From an uncultured Alphaproteobacteria bacterium (GTDB lineage: Bacteria > Pseudomonadota > Alphaproteobacteria > Rhizobiales > Beijerinckiaceae), in the NCBI GenBank assembly GCA_963754975.1, contig CAVWII010000017.1:14287-78286 (forward strand): DNA of 64,000 nucleotides. Direction: 5' to 3'. The translations under genes and the position numbers were made by a program. This document shows positions 9,266-20,095 of the stretch, piece by piece. Below the pieces are notes generated by a model. The model was not told the DNA's origin, did no database searches, and worked only from the letters and a program-made list of their open reading frames with translations. The number at the start of each line of letters is the position of its first letter. Within the stretch, counting starts at the first letter, position 1.

Positions 9266-10062
9266 CGGCGGCCGGCGCAGCGCCGCGGCTCGTCAATCCC
9301 GCGAAGCGGCGGATGCAGGCGGACGAACTTGCGCTCGGCCTCATCGTGCGCGTCGCCCGCTCCGTCGAGATCGCCCGGATCGCCGCCGCCACCGGCCACG
9401 ATTTTCTCTTCATCGACGCGCAGCATGCCGCCTTCTCGCCCGAGACCGTCGGCCAGATTGCGCAGGCGGCGCATGGCAGCGGCGTCGCGCCGATCGTGCG
9501 CGTGCGCGGCTGCGACGATCCGAACCTGCCGCTCTATCTCGACGTCGGCGCGACCGGCATCATCGTGCCCGACGTCAACAGCGCCGAGGAGGCGCGTCGC
9601 GCCGCCCGCGCCGCGAAGTTCGCGCCGATCGGCCGGCGCTCCCTGCCGGGGCCGATGCCGCTCCTCGATTTTGCGCCGGTGCCGGCCGCGGAGGCGACCC
9701 GCGCCGTCAATGACGCGACCCTCCTCGTCTGCATGATCGAGACGCGCTCCGGCGTCGAGAACGCCGAGGCGATCGCCGCCGTCGAGGGCGTCGACGTCGT
9801 CCATGTCGGCTGCGTCGACCTCGTCTTTGACCTCGGCGAGCCGGACGCCTTCGGCAGTGCTGCCACGATGGCGGCGGTGGAGCACGTCATCGCGGCGGCT
9901 CGCGCCAGCGGCAAGTTCGCCGGCGTCGGTGGCGACCGCGATCCCGAGCGCCAGGCCCACTATGTCCGCAAGGGCGTCCGCTTCATGACGACGCAGACGG
10001 ATATCGGGCTCCTGATGGCCGAGGGCGGGCGCGTCGTCGGCAAGCTCCGCCGCCTGCGCTGA
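9262..10062 (+). CDS. HpcH/HpaI family class II aldolase
   Basis: DFLFIDAQH, LDVGATGIIVP, KFAPIGRR, MIET and G..DL motifs. GTG start overlaps the upstream stop. Confidence 0.88.
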   Translation: MTAAGAAPRLVNPAKRRMQADELALGLIVRVARSVEIARIAAATGHDFLFIDAQHAAFSPETVGQIAQAAHGSGVAPIVRVRGCDDPNLPLYLDVGATGIIVPDVNSAEEARRAARAAKFAPIGRRSLPGPMPLLDFAPVPAAEATRAVNDATLLVCMIETRSGVENAEAIAAVEGVDVVHVGCVDLVFDLGEPDAFGSAATMAAVEHVIAAARASGKFAGVGGDRDPERQAHYVRKGVRFMTTQTDIGLLMAEGGRVVGKLRRLR

Positions 10063-10112
10063 CGCGCACACCGTCGCTCGTTCACACCGATGCCATGCCC
10101 CGGGAGACTATC

Positions 10113-11078
10113 GTGAGACATCTCTTCAGAACCGCCGCCCTCGCCGCCGCGTCGATGCTCGCCGCCTTCAGTGCCGCGGCGCAAACCTGGCCGACCCGGC
10201 CGATCACCCTCGTCGTTCCCTTCGCGGCGGGAAGCGGCAGCGACACCGGCGCACGCATCGTCGGCGAATATCTCGGCGCCGCGCTCGGGCAGCGTCTCGT
10301 CGTCGAGAACCGCGTCGGCGCGGTCGGTGCCATCGGCGCAGCCGCGGTCGCCCGCGCGCAGCCCGACGGCTACACGCTGCTCGTCGGCACGAACTCGACC
10401 CACGGCAGCAACCCGGCCCTGCTCGCGACGATGCCCTACGATCCGATCAAGGACTTCGTGCCGATCGCGCGCGTCGGCATCTTCACCTATTTCGTCGTCG
10501 TCAATCCGGGCCTGCCGATCCGCTCCATGGCGGACCTCGTGGCGGAAGCGAAGGCGAAGCCGGATCAGCTCTCCTACGGCTCCGGCAGCTCGACGAGCCT
10601 CGTCATGGCGGAGACTTTTTTGCGCGGCGTCGGCATCAAGGCCCTGCGCGTGCCCTACACCAGCAACCCGCCGGCCCTCACCGACATCATCGCCGGCCGC
10701 GTCTCCTTCATGTTCGTCGACGTCTCGACGAGCATCTCGCATGTGCGCGAGGGCGCTCTGCGGGCGATCGCGATCACCTCGCCGACGCGCAGCTCCGTCG
10801 TCCCGGACGTGCCGACGATCAAGGAGACCGTGCTGCCGAACTTCGACATGGAATCTCGGATCGGATTTTACGCGCCGGCCGGCACGCCGCAGCCGATCGT
10901 CGAGCGCCTGGCCGGCGAGATCGGGAAGGTCCTCGCCCTGCCGGCGGTCAAGGAACGGCTCGCCCAGCTCGGAGTCGACATCCGCCCGCTCGCCGGCGCC
11001 GACTTTTCGGCCTTTACCAAGTCGGAGGTTGAGAAATGGACCCGTTTCGTGCACGAAGCGGGCATTCAGCCGAACTGA
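10113..11078 (+). CDS. Tripartite tricarboxylate transporter substrate-binding protein (Bug/TctC family)
   Basis: Signal peptide, WPTRPITLVVPFAAGSGSD, PDGYTLL and PDVPTIKE. Confidence 0.93.
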   Translation: MRHLFRTAALAAASMLAAFSAAAQTWPTRPITLVVPFAAGSGSDTGARIVGEYLGAALGQRLVVENRVGAVGAIGAAAVARAQPDGYTLLVGTNSTHGSNPALLATMPYDPIKDFVPIARVGIFTYFVVVNPGLPIRSMADLVAEAKAKPDQLSYGSGSSTSLVMAETFLRGVGIKALRVPYTSNPPALTDIIAGRVSFMFVDVSTSISHVREGALRAIAITSPTRSSVVPDVPTIKETVLPNFDMESRIGFYAPAGTPQPIVERLAGEIGKVLALPAVKERLAQLGVDIRPLAGADFSAFTKSEVEKWTRFVHEAGIQPN

Positions 11079-11099
11079 GGCATCGGCCGGGGAGGAAGG

Positions 11100-12149
11100 G
11101 TGCAGGCACACGTCGTCTTCATCGCATCGCCGCTCGAAGCCGAGCATGTCGAGACGATCCGGGCGGTCGACCGCGATCGGCTCGAAGTGATCCACGAGGC
11201 GGATTGCCTCGGCACGCCCCGCTACGTCGCCGATCACAAGGGCAGGCGGGTCGAGCGGAATCCGGAGCAGGAGCGGCGCTGGCGCGACGGTCTCGCCCGG
11301 GCGGAGATCCTTTGGGACTTCCCGCCGCCCGACAAAAACGGCCGGAGCCTCCTCGCCGATGCGCCCGGGCTGAAATGGGTCCAGACCACGAGCACGGGCG
11401 TCGGCCAACTCGTCAGGCTGCACGGCCTCGACGGTTCCGACCTCCTCGTCACGACGGCGCGCGGGGTTCATGCCGGACCGCTCGCCGAGTTCGTGATGCT
11501 GGGCCTCCTCGCCCATTTCCGCGGTCTGCGCCACCTCGAGGCGGAGCAGCGCGCCCATCGCTGGACCCGCTATTGCGCGGACGAGATGGCGGGCAAGCGC
11601 CTCCTCATCGTCGGCGCCGGCGATCTCGCCCGCGGCACCGCGATCCTCGCCCGGGCCTTTCGGATGGAGGTCGAGGCGGTGGCCCGCCGCCCCGGCCTCG
11701 CCCGCGCCCACGGCGACGTCTTCGAAAGGGTCTTTCCCGTCGCTGCCCTGCACGAGCGGCTGGCCGAGGCGGATGCCGTCGTCGTCACCGTGCCGCACAC
11801 CCCGGAGACGGAGACGATGATCGACGCGGCCGCTTTCGCCGCAATGAAGCCGGGCTGCGCCTTCGTCAACATCGCCCGCGGCCAGGTCGTCGACGAGGCG
11901 GCGCTGATCGACAATCTGCGCTCCGGCCGGATCGGATTCGCGGCCCTCGACGTCGCCGCGCAGGAGCCGTTGCCGCCGGAGAGCCCCCTTTGGGACCTGC
12001 CGAACGTTCTCATCAGCCCGCATTCGGCGAGCACCGTCTACGCGGAAAACGCCCGGATCACCGAGATTTTCTGCGAAAACCTCAGGCATTATCTCGCCGG
12101 CGAACGGGACAGGATGAGGAACGTCCTCGACAAGAAGCGGATGTACTGA
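11100..12149 (+). CDS. D-2-hydroxyacid dehydrogenase (second paralog)
   Basis: WVQTTSTGV, VNIARG, AALDV...EPLP and SPHSA motifs. Confidence 0.9.
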   Translation: MQAHVVFIASPLEAEHVETIRAVDRDRLEVIHEADCLGTPRYVADHKGRRVERNPEQERRWRDGLARAEILWDFPPPDKNGRSLLADAPGLKWVQTTSTGVGQLVRLHGLDGSDLLVTTARGVHAGPLAEFVMLGLLAHFRGLRHLEAEQRAHRWTRYCADEMAGKRLLIVGAGDLARGTAILARAFRMEVEAVARRPGLARAHGDVFERVFPVAALHERLAEADAVVVTVPHTPETETMIDAAAFAAMKPGCAFVNIARGQVVDEAALIDNLRSGRIGFAALDVAAQEPLPPESPLWDLPNVLISPHSASTVYAENARITEIFCENLRHYLAGERDRMRNVLDKKRMY

Positions 12150-12230
12150 GAACGCCCGCCGCATTGCGGCGCGGGCGATAACCCCCTAGATCAGCAAGGC
12201 GGGCGCCGCGGGCGCCGCTGGGGTGATCCT

Positions 12231-13190
12231 ATGGCCGTCGTTCTCGACCTCCTCAACCGGGACAGTCGTCCGCGCCATCCGGAGAAGGCGCACCGGCCGG
12301 ACCAGCCGGTGCTGCGCAAGCCGGACTGGATCCGGGTCAAGGCACCCGGCTCGCCGAAATGGGCCGAGACGAACCGCATCGTCCGCGAGAACAACCTCGT
12401 CACCGTCTGCGAGGAGGCCGGCTGCCCGAATATCGGCGAGTGCTGGGAAAAGAAGCACGCCACCTTCATGGTCATGGGCGACACCTGCACCCGGGCCTGC
12501 GCCTTCTGCAACGTCAAGACCGGCCTGCCGCAGGCCCTCGACGCGGCCGAGCCGGAGAGTGTGGCGACGGCCGTCGAAAAGCTCGGGCTCGAGCACGTCG
12601 TCGTTACCTCCGTCGACCGGGACGACCTGCCGGACGGCGGCGGGGAGCATTTTGCAAAGGTCATCCGCGCGATCCGGGCGCGCTCGCCGAAGACGACGAT
12701 CGAAGTCCTGACGCCGGACTTCCTGCGCAAGGCCGGCGCCCTCGAGACCGTCGTCGCGGCAAAGCCCGACGTCTTCAACCACAATCTCGAAACGGTGCCG
12801 TCGAAATACCTCACCGTGCGCCCCGGTGCGCGCTACTTCCACTCGATCCGTCTGTTGCAGCGGGTGAAGGAGATCGAGCCTTCGATCTTCACCAAGTCCG
12901 GCATCATGGTCGGCCTCGGCGAGGAGCGGAACGAGGTCCTGCAGCTCATGGACGACCTGCGCTCCGCCGAGGTCGACTTCCTCACGATCGGCCAGTACCT
13001 GCAGCCGACGCGCAAGCACCATCCCGTCATCCGCTTCGTGACGCCGGACGAGTTCAAGGCCTTCGAGACGACCGCCTACGCGAAAGGCTTCCACCTCGTC
13101 TCGGCGACGCCGCTGACCCGCTCGTCCCATCATGCCGGCGAGGATTTCGCGAAGCTCAAGGCGGCGCGCCTCAACGCACTCGGCCGCTGA
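12231..13190 (+). CDS. lipA: Lipoyl synthase
   Basis: [34 protein letters not shown] and RSSHHA motifs. Confidence 0.98.
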   Translation: MAVVLDLLNRDSRPRHPEKAHRPDQPVLRKPDWIRVKAPGSPKWAETNRIVRENNLVTVCEEAGCPNIGECWEKKHATFMVMGDTCTRACAFCNVKTGLPQALDAAEPESVATAVEKLGLEHVVVTSVDRDDLPDGGGEHFAKVIRAIRARSPKTTIEVLTPDFLRKAGALETVVAAKPDVFNHNLETVPSKYLTVRPGARYFHSIRLLQRVKEIEPSIFTKSGIMVGLGEERNEVLQLMDDLRSAEVDFLTIGQYLQPTRKHHPVIRFVTPDEFKAFETTAYAKGFHLVSATPLTRSSHHAGEDFAKLKAARLNALGR

Positions 13191-13200
13191 GCCGCGCTTC

Positions 13201-13725
13201 ATGCGCCGGATCCTCGTCATCGGCAGTCCCGGCGCGGGCAAGAGCGTGCTCGCCCGCCGGCTCGCCGAACGCTTCGACCTGCCCCTCATCCACCTCGACC
13301 GCGAATATTTTTCCCCCGGCTGGGTCGAGATGCCCCGCGCGCTCTGGCGCGCCCGCGTCGCCGAGCTCGTGCGCCGGCCCGAATGGGTGATGGACGGCAA
13401 TTATTCGAGCACCTTCGACCTGCGCGTGCCGCGGGCCGAGGCGGTCGTCTGGCTCGACCTGCCGCGCCTCACCTGCCTCGCGCGCGTTATTCGGCGGGTC
13501 CTGCGCTATTGGGGCACGACGCGGCCCGATCTCGGGCCGGACTGCATCGAACGCTTCGACTGGTCCTTTCTGCGCTTCGTCTGGTCCTATCCGACGCGGA
13601 CGCGGCCGACGACGCTTGCGATGATGGCGCGCCTGCGTCCGGACCAGCGCGGCTTCACGCTGCGCTCGCGGGCGGAAATTCCGGCCCTCGAGCGTGCCCT
13701 CGATGCCCTGCGCGAGGCGGCCTGA
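13201..13725 (+). CDS. Adenylate-kinase-like P-loop protein (DNA topology modulation protein/FlaR-like)
   Basis: RILVIGSPGAGKS, IHLD, WVMDGNY and WLDLP motifs. Confidence 0.85.
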   Translation: MRRILVIGSPGAGKSVLARRLAERFDLPLIHLDREYFSPGWVEMPRALWRARVAELVRRPEWVMDGNYSSTFDLRVPRAEAVVWLDLPRLTCLARVIRRVLRYWGTTRPDLGPDCIERFDWSFLRFVWSYPTRTRPTTLAMMARLRPDQRGFTLRSRAEIPALERALDALREAA

Positions 13726-13726
13726 G

Positions 13727-14213
13727 ATGCCGACCTTCCGCATGATGCGCCCGGTCTCGCATACGGCGATGCAGATGTTCGACCTCGTCGCGGACGTGCA
13801 GCGCTATCCGGAGTTTCTGCCGCTCTGCGAGAGCCTGCGGGTGATCCGGCGCAGCCAGAGCGGGGAGGGCGTCGAGACCTTGGTCGCCGTCATGGGCGTC
13901 GGCTACAAGGCGATCCGGGAGAGCTTCACGACCCGGGTGACGATCGACCGGACCCGGCTGCGCATCCTCGTCGAATACATCGACGGGCCGTTCAACTATC
14001 TCGAGAACCGCTGGGTGTTCCGCCCGAAAGGGGCGGGCTCGGAGGTCGAGTTCTTCATCAATTACGAGTTCCGCAGCCTCGCCCTCGGCCTCCTCATGGG
14101 CTCGGTCTTCGACAAGGCCTTCCGCAAGTTCACGGAGGCCTTCGAGGAGCGGGCGGACGAGATTGTACGGTTCGCCCGAACGCTCTTCGTACCTCCCGCG
14201 GGCAGCGACGTGA
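13727..14213 (+). CDS. ratA: RatA/PasT (Coq10-like START/SRPBCC) protein; probable +1 error near 14165
   Basis: MFDLVADV.RYPEFLPLC, YIDGPF.YL.NRW.F, FEERADEI. Removing one G restores the usual IYG ending with TGA at 14211-14213. Confidence 0.88.
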
Positions 14214-14222
14214 GGGCTCGCA

Positions 14223-14422
14223 TTCGCCTCTCCCCGCTTGCGGGGAGAGGGTTCGGCCTTCGGCCGAACGAGCGCAGCGAAGCGAAGCGGGGGTGAGGGG
14301 CGGCGCAGAAAGAGGCGCCCTTCGCCGACGCTGCGCCTCTTCCGGAGACGCCCCCTCACCCTCGCCTGCTGCGCAGGCTTGCTGCCTTTGGCGGCCCTCT
14401 CCCCGCAAGCGGGGAGAGGTGA
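14223..14422. repeat. ~200-bp palindromic intergenic element, family 1, copy A
   Basis: Terminal hairpins CCTCTCCCCGC(TT/AA)GCGGGGAGAGG at both ends and inner GGGTGAGGGG/CCCCTCACCC inverted repeats. Approximately the reverse complement of copy C. Confidence 0.9.
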
Positions 14423-14528
14423 GAAGCGCTCCTTTTTGACCGCGGCGAGCCGCAGTCGCGAAGTGTAAATCTGCTCGCCCCGCAAACGGGGAGAGGCGGG
14501 AGCGCGTCCGTCCGATCCGGCGCTTCCA

Positions 14529-15041
14529 TCAATCCGCATCATGCTCTCGCGGGGACGTCAAAAACGCCTCCAGCAATCCGAGCGCATCCTCGACGGCTTT
14601 TCCGCGCACCGCCGCCCGGCCGAGATCGCCGTAACGGCGCTCGAGGTGACGGGTCGGCGCAGCCTTGGCGGCAAGGGCGAAATGGACGAGGCCGACCGGC
14701 TTCTGCGCCGTGCCGCCGCCGGGGCCGGCGATGCCGGTGATCGCCACGGCGACGTCGGCATGGGAACGGGCGAGGGCGCCCTCCGCCATGGCCCGGGCGA
14801 CAGGTTCGCTGACGGCGCCGTGTGCGGCGATCGTGTCCGCGGGGATTCCCAGAAGCTCGCTCTTCGCCTCGTTCGAATAGGTGACGAAGCCGCGCTCGAC
14901 GACGAGGGATGAGCCGGCGATCTCGGTGAGGAGCCCGGCGACGAGGCCGCCGGTGCAGGACTCCGCCGTCGCAATCCTGCGGCCCGCCTCCGTGTAGGCG
15001 CGGATCAGGGCGGCGGCGCGCGGGACAAGGTCGCTCGTCAT
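14529..15041 (-). CDS. cinA: CinA/PncC nicotinamide-nucleotide amidohydrolase
   Basis: [25 protein letters not shown] and TGIAGPGGG motifs. Confidence 0.93.
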   Translation of the reverse strand: MTSDLVPRAAALIRAYTEAGRRIATAESCTGGLVAGLLTEIAGSSLVVERGFVTYSNEAKSELLGIPADTIAAHGAVSEPVARAMAEGALARSHADVAVAITGIAGPGGGTAQKPVGLVHFALAAKAAPTRHLERRYGDLGRAAVRGKAVEDALGLLEAFLTSPREHDAD

Positions 15042-16228
15042 GGCGGCGTCTCCGGCAGGCGGATGGTGGCGAGGGCCTGAGCGGCAAGGCCCTCCCGACG
15101 GCCGACGAAACCGAGCTTTTCGGTCGTCGTCGCCTTGAGCGAGACCTGGTCGATGCGCAGCCCGGCGATCGCCGCGATCCGCGCCCGCATCGCCTCCCGG
15201 TGCGGGCCGAGGCGGGGCGCCTCGCAAAGCAGGGTCGCGTCGAGATGGTCGATGATGCCGCCGCGGGCCCGCACCCGCGCCGCCGCATCGGCGAGGAAGC
15301 GGTCGGAGGAGGCGCCGCGCCATTGCGGATCGCCCGGCGGGAAATGCACGCCGATATCGCCCTCCGCGAGGGCGCCGAGGAGCGCGTCGGTGAGCGCGTG
15401 CAGGATCACGTCGCCGTCCGAATGGGCCTCGACGCCGCGCTCGTGCGGCAGGCGGAGCCCGCCGAGAAAGAGGTGATCGCCCGCCGTGAAGGCGTGCACG
15501 TCGAAGCCGGAGCCGATCCGGGTCGTGAGAGCCGCCACATCGCCCCTGAGGCGGCGCTCGGTCGCGGCGAAATCGGCCGCATCGGTGAGCTTGACGTTCG
15601 AAGCCTCGCCCGAAAAGAGCGCCACCCGGTGCCCGGCCCAGGCCGCGACCGCCCCGTCGTCGGTGAGGCCGACGACCCCTGCGGCGGCCGCCCGGCGATG
15701 GGCGTCGACGAGGAGGTCGAAGCGGAAGGCCTGCGGCGTCTGGACGGCGCGCAGGCTCGCTCGCTCAGGCGTCGCGGCGACGGCGCCGGCCGCATCGATC
15801 GCGGCGATGGTGTCGGAGACCGGAACGCCCGGGATCGCGGCGCCGCCATCGCCGGCCGCGGCGATGGCGCGATCGATCAGCGCCGCCGTGACGAAGGGCC
15901 GGGCCGCATCATGGACGAGGACAAGTCTCGGCGCGAGCGCCGCCAGGGCCTCGAGGCCGGCGTGGACCGAGCCCTGTCGGGTTTCGGCGCCGACGGCGGC
16001 CGGCAGAAGCCGCTCGCCTTCGCGGAAGGGTGTCACCGCCTCGGCATAGAGTTCGCCGTCGTCGGGATGGATCACCGCGAGGACGCGGTCGACCCCGCCG
16101 TGGGCGAGGAACGCCTCGAGCGTCCTCGCGAGGACGCTTTTCCCGCAGAGCAACCGGTATTGCTTCGGCAGTCCGTCACCGGCACGGGTTCCGCGCCCCG
16201 CGGCGACGATGATGGCGGCAACCGACAT
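15038..16228 (-). CDS. ispDF: Bifunctional IspD/IspF
   Basis: AAGRGTR...PKQY, VHDAARP, QTPQ.F, G.GFDVHAF, HSDGDV and KATTTEKLG motifs. Confidence 0.96.
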   Translation of the reverse strand: MSVAAIIVAAGRGTRAGDGLPKQYRLLCGKSVLARTLEAFLAHGGVDRVLAVIHPDDGELYAEAVTPFREGERLLPAAVGAETRQGSVHAGLEALAALAPRLVLVHDAARPFVTAALIDRAIAAAGDGGAAIPGVPVSDTIAAIDAAGAVAATPERASLRAVQTPQAFRFDLLVDAHRRAAAAGVVGLTDDGAVAAWAGHRVALFSGEASNVKLTDAADFAATERRLRGDVAALTTRIGSGFDVHAFTAGDHLFLGGLRLPHERGVEAHSDGDVILHALTDALLGALAEGDIGVHFPPGDPQWRGASSDRFLADAAARVRARGGIIDHLDATLLCEAPRLGPHREAMRARIAAIAGLRIDQVSLKATTTEKLGFVGRREGLAAQALATIRLPETPP

Positions 16229-16251
16229 GGTCCCGGTGGCGCGCCGCGGAC

Positions 16252-16759
16252 TTAGAACGGGATGTCGTCGTCGATTTCGCTGTAGCGGGAACCGCCACTC
16301 GTCGCGGGCGCCGGGCGGCGCTCCATGGGCGAGGTGCGACCGAAATCGCCGCCGCTCCGGATCTGGCCGCCGCCGTTGGCGTCCTCCTCGACCGCGCTGC
16401 CGCCACCGCGGCCGTCGAGCAGGGCGAGTTCGCCCCGGAAGCGCTGCAGGACGACCTCCGTCGAGTATTTCTCGACGCCCTGCTGATCGGTCCATTTCCG
16501 GGTCTGGAGTTGGCCTTCGACGTAGACCTTCGATCCCTTCTTCAGATACTGCTCGGCGATCCGGGCGAGGTTCTCGTTGAAGATCACGACCGAGTGCCAC
16601 TCGGTGCGCTCCTTGCGCTCGCCGGTGCCCTTGTCCTTCCAGGATTTCAGAGGTGGCGATGCGCAGGTTGACCACCGGCTCGCCCGAGTTCAGCCGGCGC
16701 ACCTCCGGGTCCCGCCCAAGATTGCCGACCAGAATGACCTTGTTGACGCTGCCCGCCAT
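16252..16759 (-). CDS. ssb: Single-stranded DNA-binding protein; +1 frameshift at ~16646
   Basis: [39 protein letters not shown] and C-terminal DDDIPF. An extra A in GAA(A)TCCTGG splits the frame. Confidence 0.95.
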
Positions 16760-16878
16760 GGGCTCTCTCCACCGTTCTGTGCCGTCGCCGCTCTTCTGGG
16801 CCCAAGGACCCGGACGAACAAGCGCACCGGCCGCTCCAACGCTCGCCTGTCCCCGCTATTCTCGCGGGCATCGCGAGT

Positions 16879-16893
16879 GTTCTAGCTTTGTTC
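16879..16893. promoter_or_regulatory. Alphaproteobacterial LexA (SOS) box GTTC-N7-GTTC
   Basis: GTTC tagcttt GTTC, about 120 bp upstream of ssb, a known LexA target in this class. Confidence 0.75.
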
Positions 16894-17008
16894 CTGGAGG
16901 AGGGCAAGGGGGGAACGGGCGGGGGAGGCTGGGGTTCGCGAGGAGGAAACGGAATCACGGGCCGGGCGCTCAGGCCCCCGATTCCCTACTGCCAAATCCC
17001 TCATTCCG

Positions 17009-17037
17009 CTTGAAAATTCCCCAATTCTCCCCCATCT
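17009..17037 (+). promoter_or_regulatory. RpoH (sigma32)-type promoter upstream of gyrA
   Basis: CTTGAA (17009-17014), N15, CCCCATCT (17030-17037). Confidence 0.55.
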
Positions 17038-17128
17038 AGGCCGCTGAAACCACAAAAGAGTTGCGGCGGCGTTTGAGCGGGGGCGAGGATGGCTCCGGGC
17101 GCGGCTGCGAGCGTCCGAAAGAGCGACC

Positions 17129-19903
17129 TTGAGCGACCCCAACGAACCCCGCGCCGGCACCCCCGGCGGCGAGCCGCCTGCGAGCGACATCCGGCCGGTC
17201 TCCATCGCCGACGAGATGCGCCGCTCCTACCTCGACTACGCGATGAGCGTGATCGTCAGCCGGGCGCTGCCGGATGTGCGCGACGGCCTGAAACCGGTGC
17301 ACCGGCGCATCCTGTTCTCGATGCACGAGAACAACTACACGCCGGAGCGGCCCTATAACAAATCCGCCCGCGTCACCGGCGACACGATGGGCAAGTACCA
17401 TCCGCACGGCAATCAGGCGATCTACGACGCCCTCGTGCGCCTGGCGCAGGACTTTTCGATGCGCCTGCCGCTCATCGACGGACAGGGCAATTTCGGCTCC
17501 GTCGACGGCGATCCGCCGGCGGCCGAGCGCTACACCGAGGTCCGCCTCGACCGCGCCGCCATTCCGCTCCTTGACGATCTCGACCAGGAGACCGTGGACT
17601 TCCAGCCGAACTACGACGGCCGCGAACGTGAGCCGGTCGTGCTGCCGGCGAAGTATCCGAACCTTCTCGCCAACGGCGCCGGCGGCATTGCCGTCGGGAT
17701 GGCGACGAACATCCCGCCGCACAATCTCGGCGAGCTCGTCGACGCCTGCGTCGCGCTCATCGACAATCCGGATCTGTCGACCGAAGAACTGATCGAGATC
17801 ATCCCCGGCCCGGATTTCCCGACCGGCGCCGCCATCCTCGGCCGCTCCGGCGCGCGGCTCGCCTACACGACCGGCCGCGGCTCGATCGTCATGCGCGCGA
17901 CCTCGGCGATCGAGGAATTGCGCAAGGAGCGCGAGGCGATCATCTTCACCGAAATTCCCTATCAGGTGAACAAGGCGACGCTGATCGAGAAGATCGCCGA
18001 ACTCGTGCGCGAGAAGAAAATCGAGGGCATCTCGGACCTGCGCGACGAATCCGATCGCGAAGGTATGCGCATCGTTATCGAGCTGAAGCGCGACGCCGTC
18101 GCCGACGTGGTGCTGAACCAGCTTTACCGCTATACGCCCTTGCAGACGAGCTTCGGCGCCAACATGGTGGCGCTGAACGGCGGCCGTCCTGAGCTGATGA
18201 CGCTCAAGGACCTTCTGCGCGCCTTCATCGAGTTCCGCGAGGAGGTCGTCTCCCGCCGCACCAAGTTTCTCCTCAACAAGGCCCGCGAGCGCGCCCACGT
18301 CCTCTGCGGGCTCGCCATCGCGGTCGCCAATATCGACGAGGTCATCCGCCTCATCCGCACTGCGCCCGATCCGAATACGGCCCGGGAGGCGCTGATGGCG
18401 CGCGACTGGCCGGCGCAGGATATCGCCCCGCTCATCGCCCTTGTCGACGATCCGCGTCACACCCTCAACGCCGACGGCACCTATCGCCTCTCGGAGATCC
18501 AGGCCCGCGCCATCCTCGACTTGCGCCTGCAGCGCCTTACCGCGCTCGGCCGCGACGAGATCGGCGACGAGTTGAAGAAGCTCGCCGACGAGATCTCCGA
18601 CTATCTCGACATCCTGCGCTCGCGCGTGCGCATCATGGCAATCGTCAAGGAGGAGCTTTCAAAAATTCGCGCCGATTTCGCGACGCCGCGCCGGACGCAG
18701 ATCCTCGATTTCGAGGCGGACGTCGACGACGAGGACCTGATCGCGCGTGAGGACATGGTCGTCACGGTCTCGCATGCCGGCTACATCAAGCGCGTGCCGC
18801 TCTCGACCTACCGGTCACAGCATCGGGGCGGCAAGGGCCGCTCGGGCATGACGACCCGCGACGAGGATTTCGTCACGCGGCTCTTCGTCGCCAATACGCA
18901 TACGCCGGTTCTGTTCTTCTCCTCGCAGGGCCAGGCCTACAAGGAGAAGGTCTGGCGGCTGCCGCTGGCGGCGCCGAACGCGCGCGGGAAGGCCCTCGTC
19001 AACATGCTCCCGCTCGATGCCGGCGAGCGCATCACCACGATCATGCCGATGCCCGAGGACGAGGCGTCCTGGGACCGGCTCGACGTCATGTTCGCGACCT
19101 CGCGCGGCACGGTCCGCCGCAACAAATTGTCGGATTTCATCCAGGTCAACCGCGGCGGCAAGATCGCCATGAAGCTCGACGAAGGCGAGGCCATCGTCGA
19201 CGTGCAGATCTGCACCGAACGGGACGACGTGCTGCTGACGACCGCCAACGGCCAGTGCATCCGCTTCGCGGTGCCGGAGGTGCGCGTCTTCAAGGGCCGC
19301 GATTCCATGGGCGTGCGCGGCATCGCGCTCGGCCGGGGCGACGCCATCATCTCGATGGCGATTCTGCGCCATGTCGAGGCGAGCCCGGAGGAACGCGCAG
19401 GCTATCTGAAAATGCGCCGCGCCGTGACCGGGGAGGGCGCCGGACCGGACGTGGAGACGGTCGACGACGATCTCGACGATGACATCGTCGAGGCCGAAAC
19501 GCCGGCCCCGGAGCGCGAGGCGGACTCGGCCATCGGCCGCTATGCCGAGATGAGCGCCGGGGAGCAGTTCATCCTGACGATTTCTGAGCGCGGCTTCGGC
19601 AAGCGGACCTCGTCTTACGAATACCGGATCACCGGCCGCGGCGGCAAAGGCATCACCGCGATGGCGGTGAACAACCGTAACGGCAAGCTCGTCGCCTCCT
19701 TCCCGGTCCAGGACGGCGACCAGATCATGCTCGTCACGAACGACGGCCAGCTCATCCGCGTGCCGGTCGATGGCATCCGTATTGTCAGCCGCGGCATGCA
19801 GGGCGTCACCGTGCTCGCAACCCGCGACGGCTCCCGCGTCGTCTCCGTCGAACATATCGAAGGCGAGGACCCCGAAGAGAGCGGCGAGGCCGAAGCGGAG
19901 TAG
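17129..19903 (+). CDS. gyrA: DNA gyrase subunit A
   Basis: [24 protein letters not shown], GyrA-box QHRGGKG and C-terminal beta-pinwheel repeats. Confidence 0.98.
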   Translation: MSDPNEPRAGTPGGEPPASDIRPVSIADEMRRSYLDYAMSVIVSRALPDVRDGLKPVHRRILFSMHENNYTPERPYNKSARVTGDTMGKYHPHGNQAIYDALVRLAQDFSMRLPLIDGQGNFGSVDGDPPAAERYTEVRLDRAAIPLLDDLDQETVDFQPNYDGREREPVVLPAKYPNLLANGAGGIAVGMATNIPPHNLGELVDACVALIDNPDLSTEELIEIIPGPDFPTGAAILGRSGARLAYTTGRGSIVMRATSAIEELRKEREAIIFTEIPYQVNKATLIEKIAELVREKKIEGISDLRDESDREGMRIVIELKRDAVADVVLNQLYRYTPLQTSFGANMVALNGGRPELMTLKDLLRAFIEFREEVVSRRTKFLLNKARERAHVLCGLAIAVANIDEVIRLIRTAPDPNTAREALMARDWPAQDIAPLIALVDDPRHTLNADGTYRLSEIQARAILDLRLQRLTALGRDEIGDELKKLADEISDYLDILRSRVRIMAIVKEELSKIRADFATPRRTQILDFEADVDDEDLIAREDMVVTVSHAGYIKRVPLSTYRSQHRGGKGRSGMTTRDEDFVTRLFVANTHTPVLFFSSQGQAYKEKVWRLPLAAPNARGKALVNMLPLDAGERITTIMPMPEDEASWDRLDVMFATSRGTVRRNKLSDFIQVNRGGKIAMKLDEGEAIVDVQICTERDDVLLTTANGQCIRFAVPEVRVFKGRDSMGVRGIALGRGDAIISMAILRHVEASPEERAGYLKMRRAVTGEGAGPDVETVDDDLDDDIVEAETPAPEREADSAIGRYAEMSAGEQFILTISERGFGKRTSSYEYRITGRGGKGITAMAVNNRNGKLVASFPVQDGDQIMLVTNDGQLIRVPVDGIRIVSRGMQGVTVLATRDGSRVVSVEHIEGEDPEESGEAEAE

Positions 19904-20095
19904 GGATCATCGCGCGCGTTTGCCTCTGCCCGCTTGCGGGTTGCCGGATTCACGCGCGGATGGGCGGGGCTTAGGAGTCCCACTCGCAAATCAAAACACA
20001 CCCCTAATTCTGCCTGTCCGGTTCATGAATCCCGTCTCAACCCAAACCACCTCATCCTGAGAGCTTGTAAATCTTTCAGATAAGAGGCGCGGGCC

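Noticed and set aside
13694-14296. RatA extended into the repeat element, or RatA as a toxin-antitoxin system
   Set aside because: The extension comes from one extra base near 14165. No antitoxin partner is adjacent and the family is Coq10-like.
15038-16759. Apparent 573-aa SSB-IspDF fusion
   Set aside because: An extra A at ~16646 shifts ssb into a frame that runs into ispDF. The real ssb C-terminus (DDDIPF, stop) is in another frame and ispDF has its own ATG.
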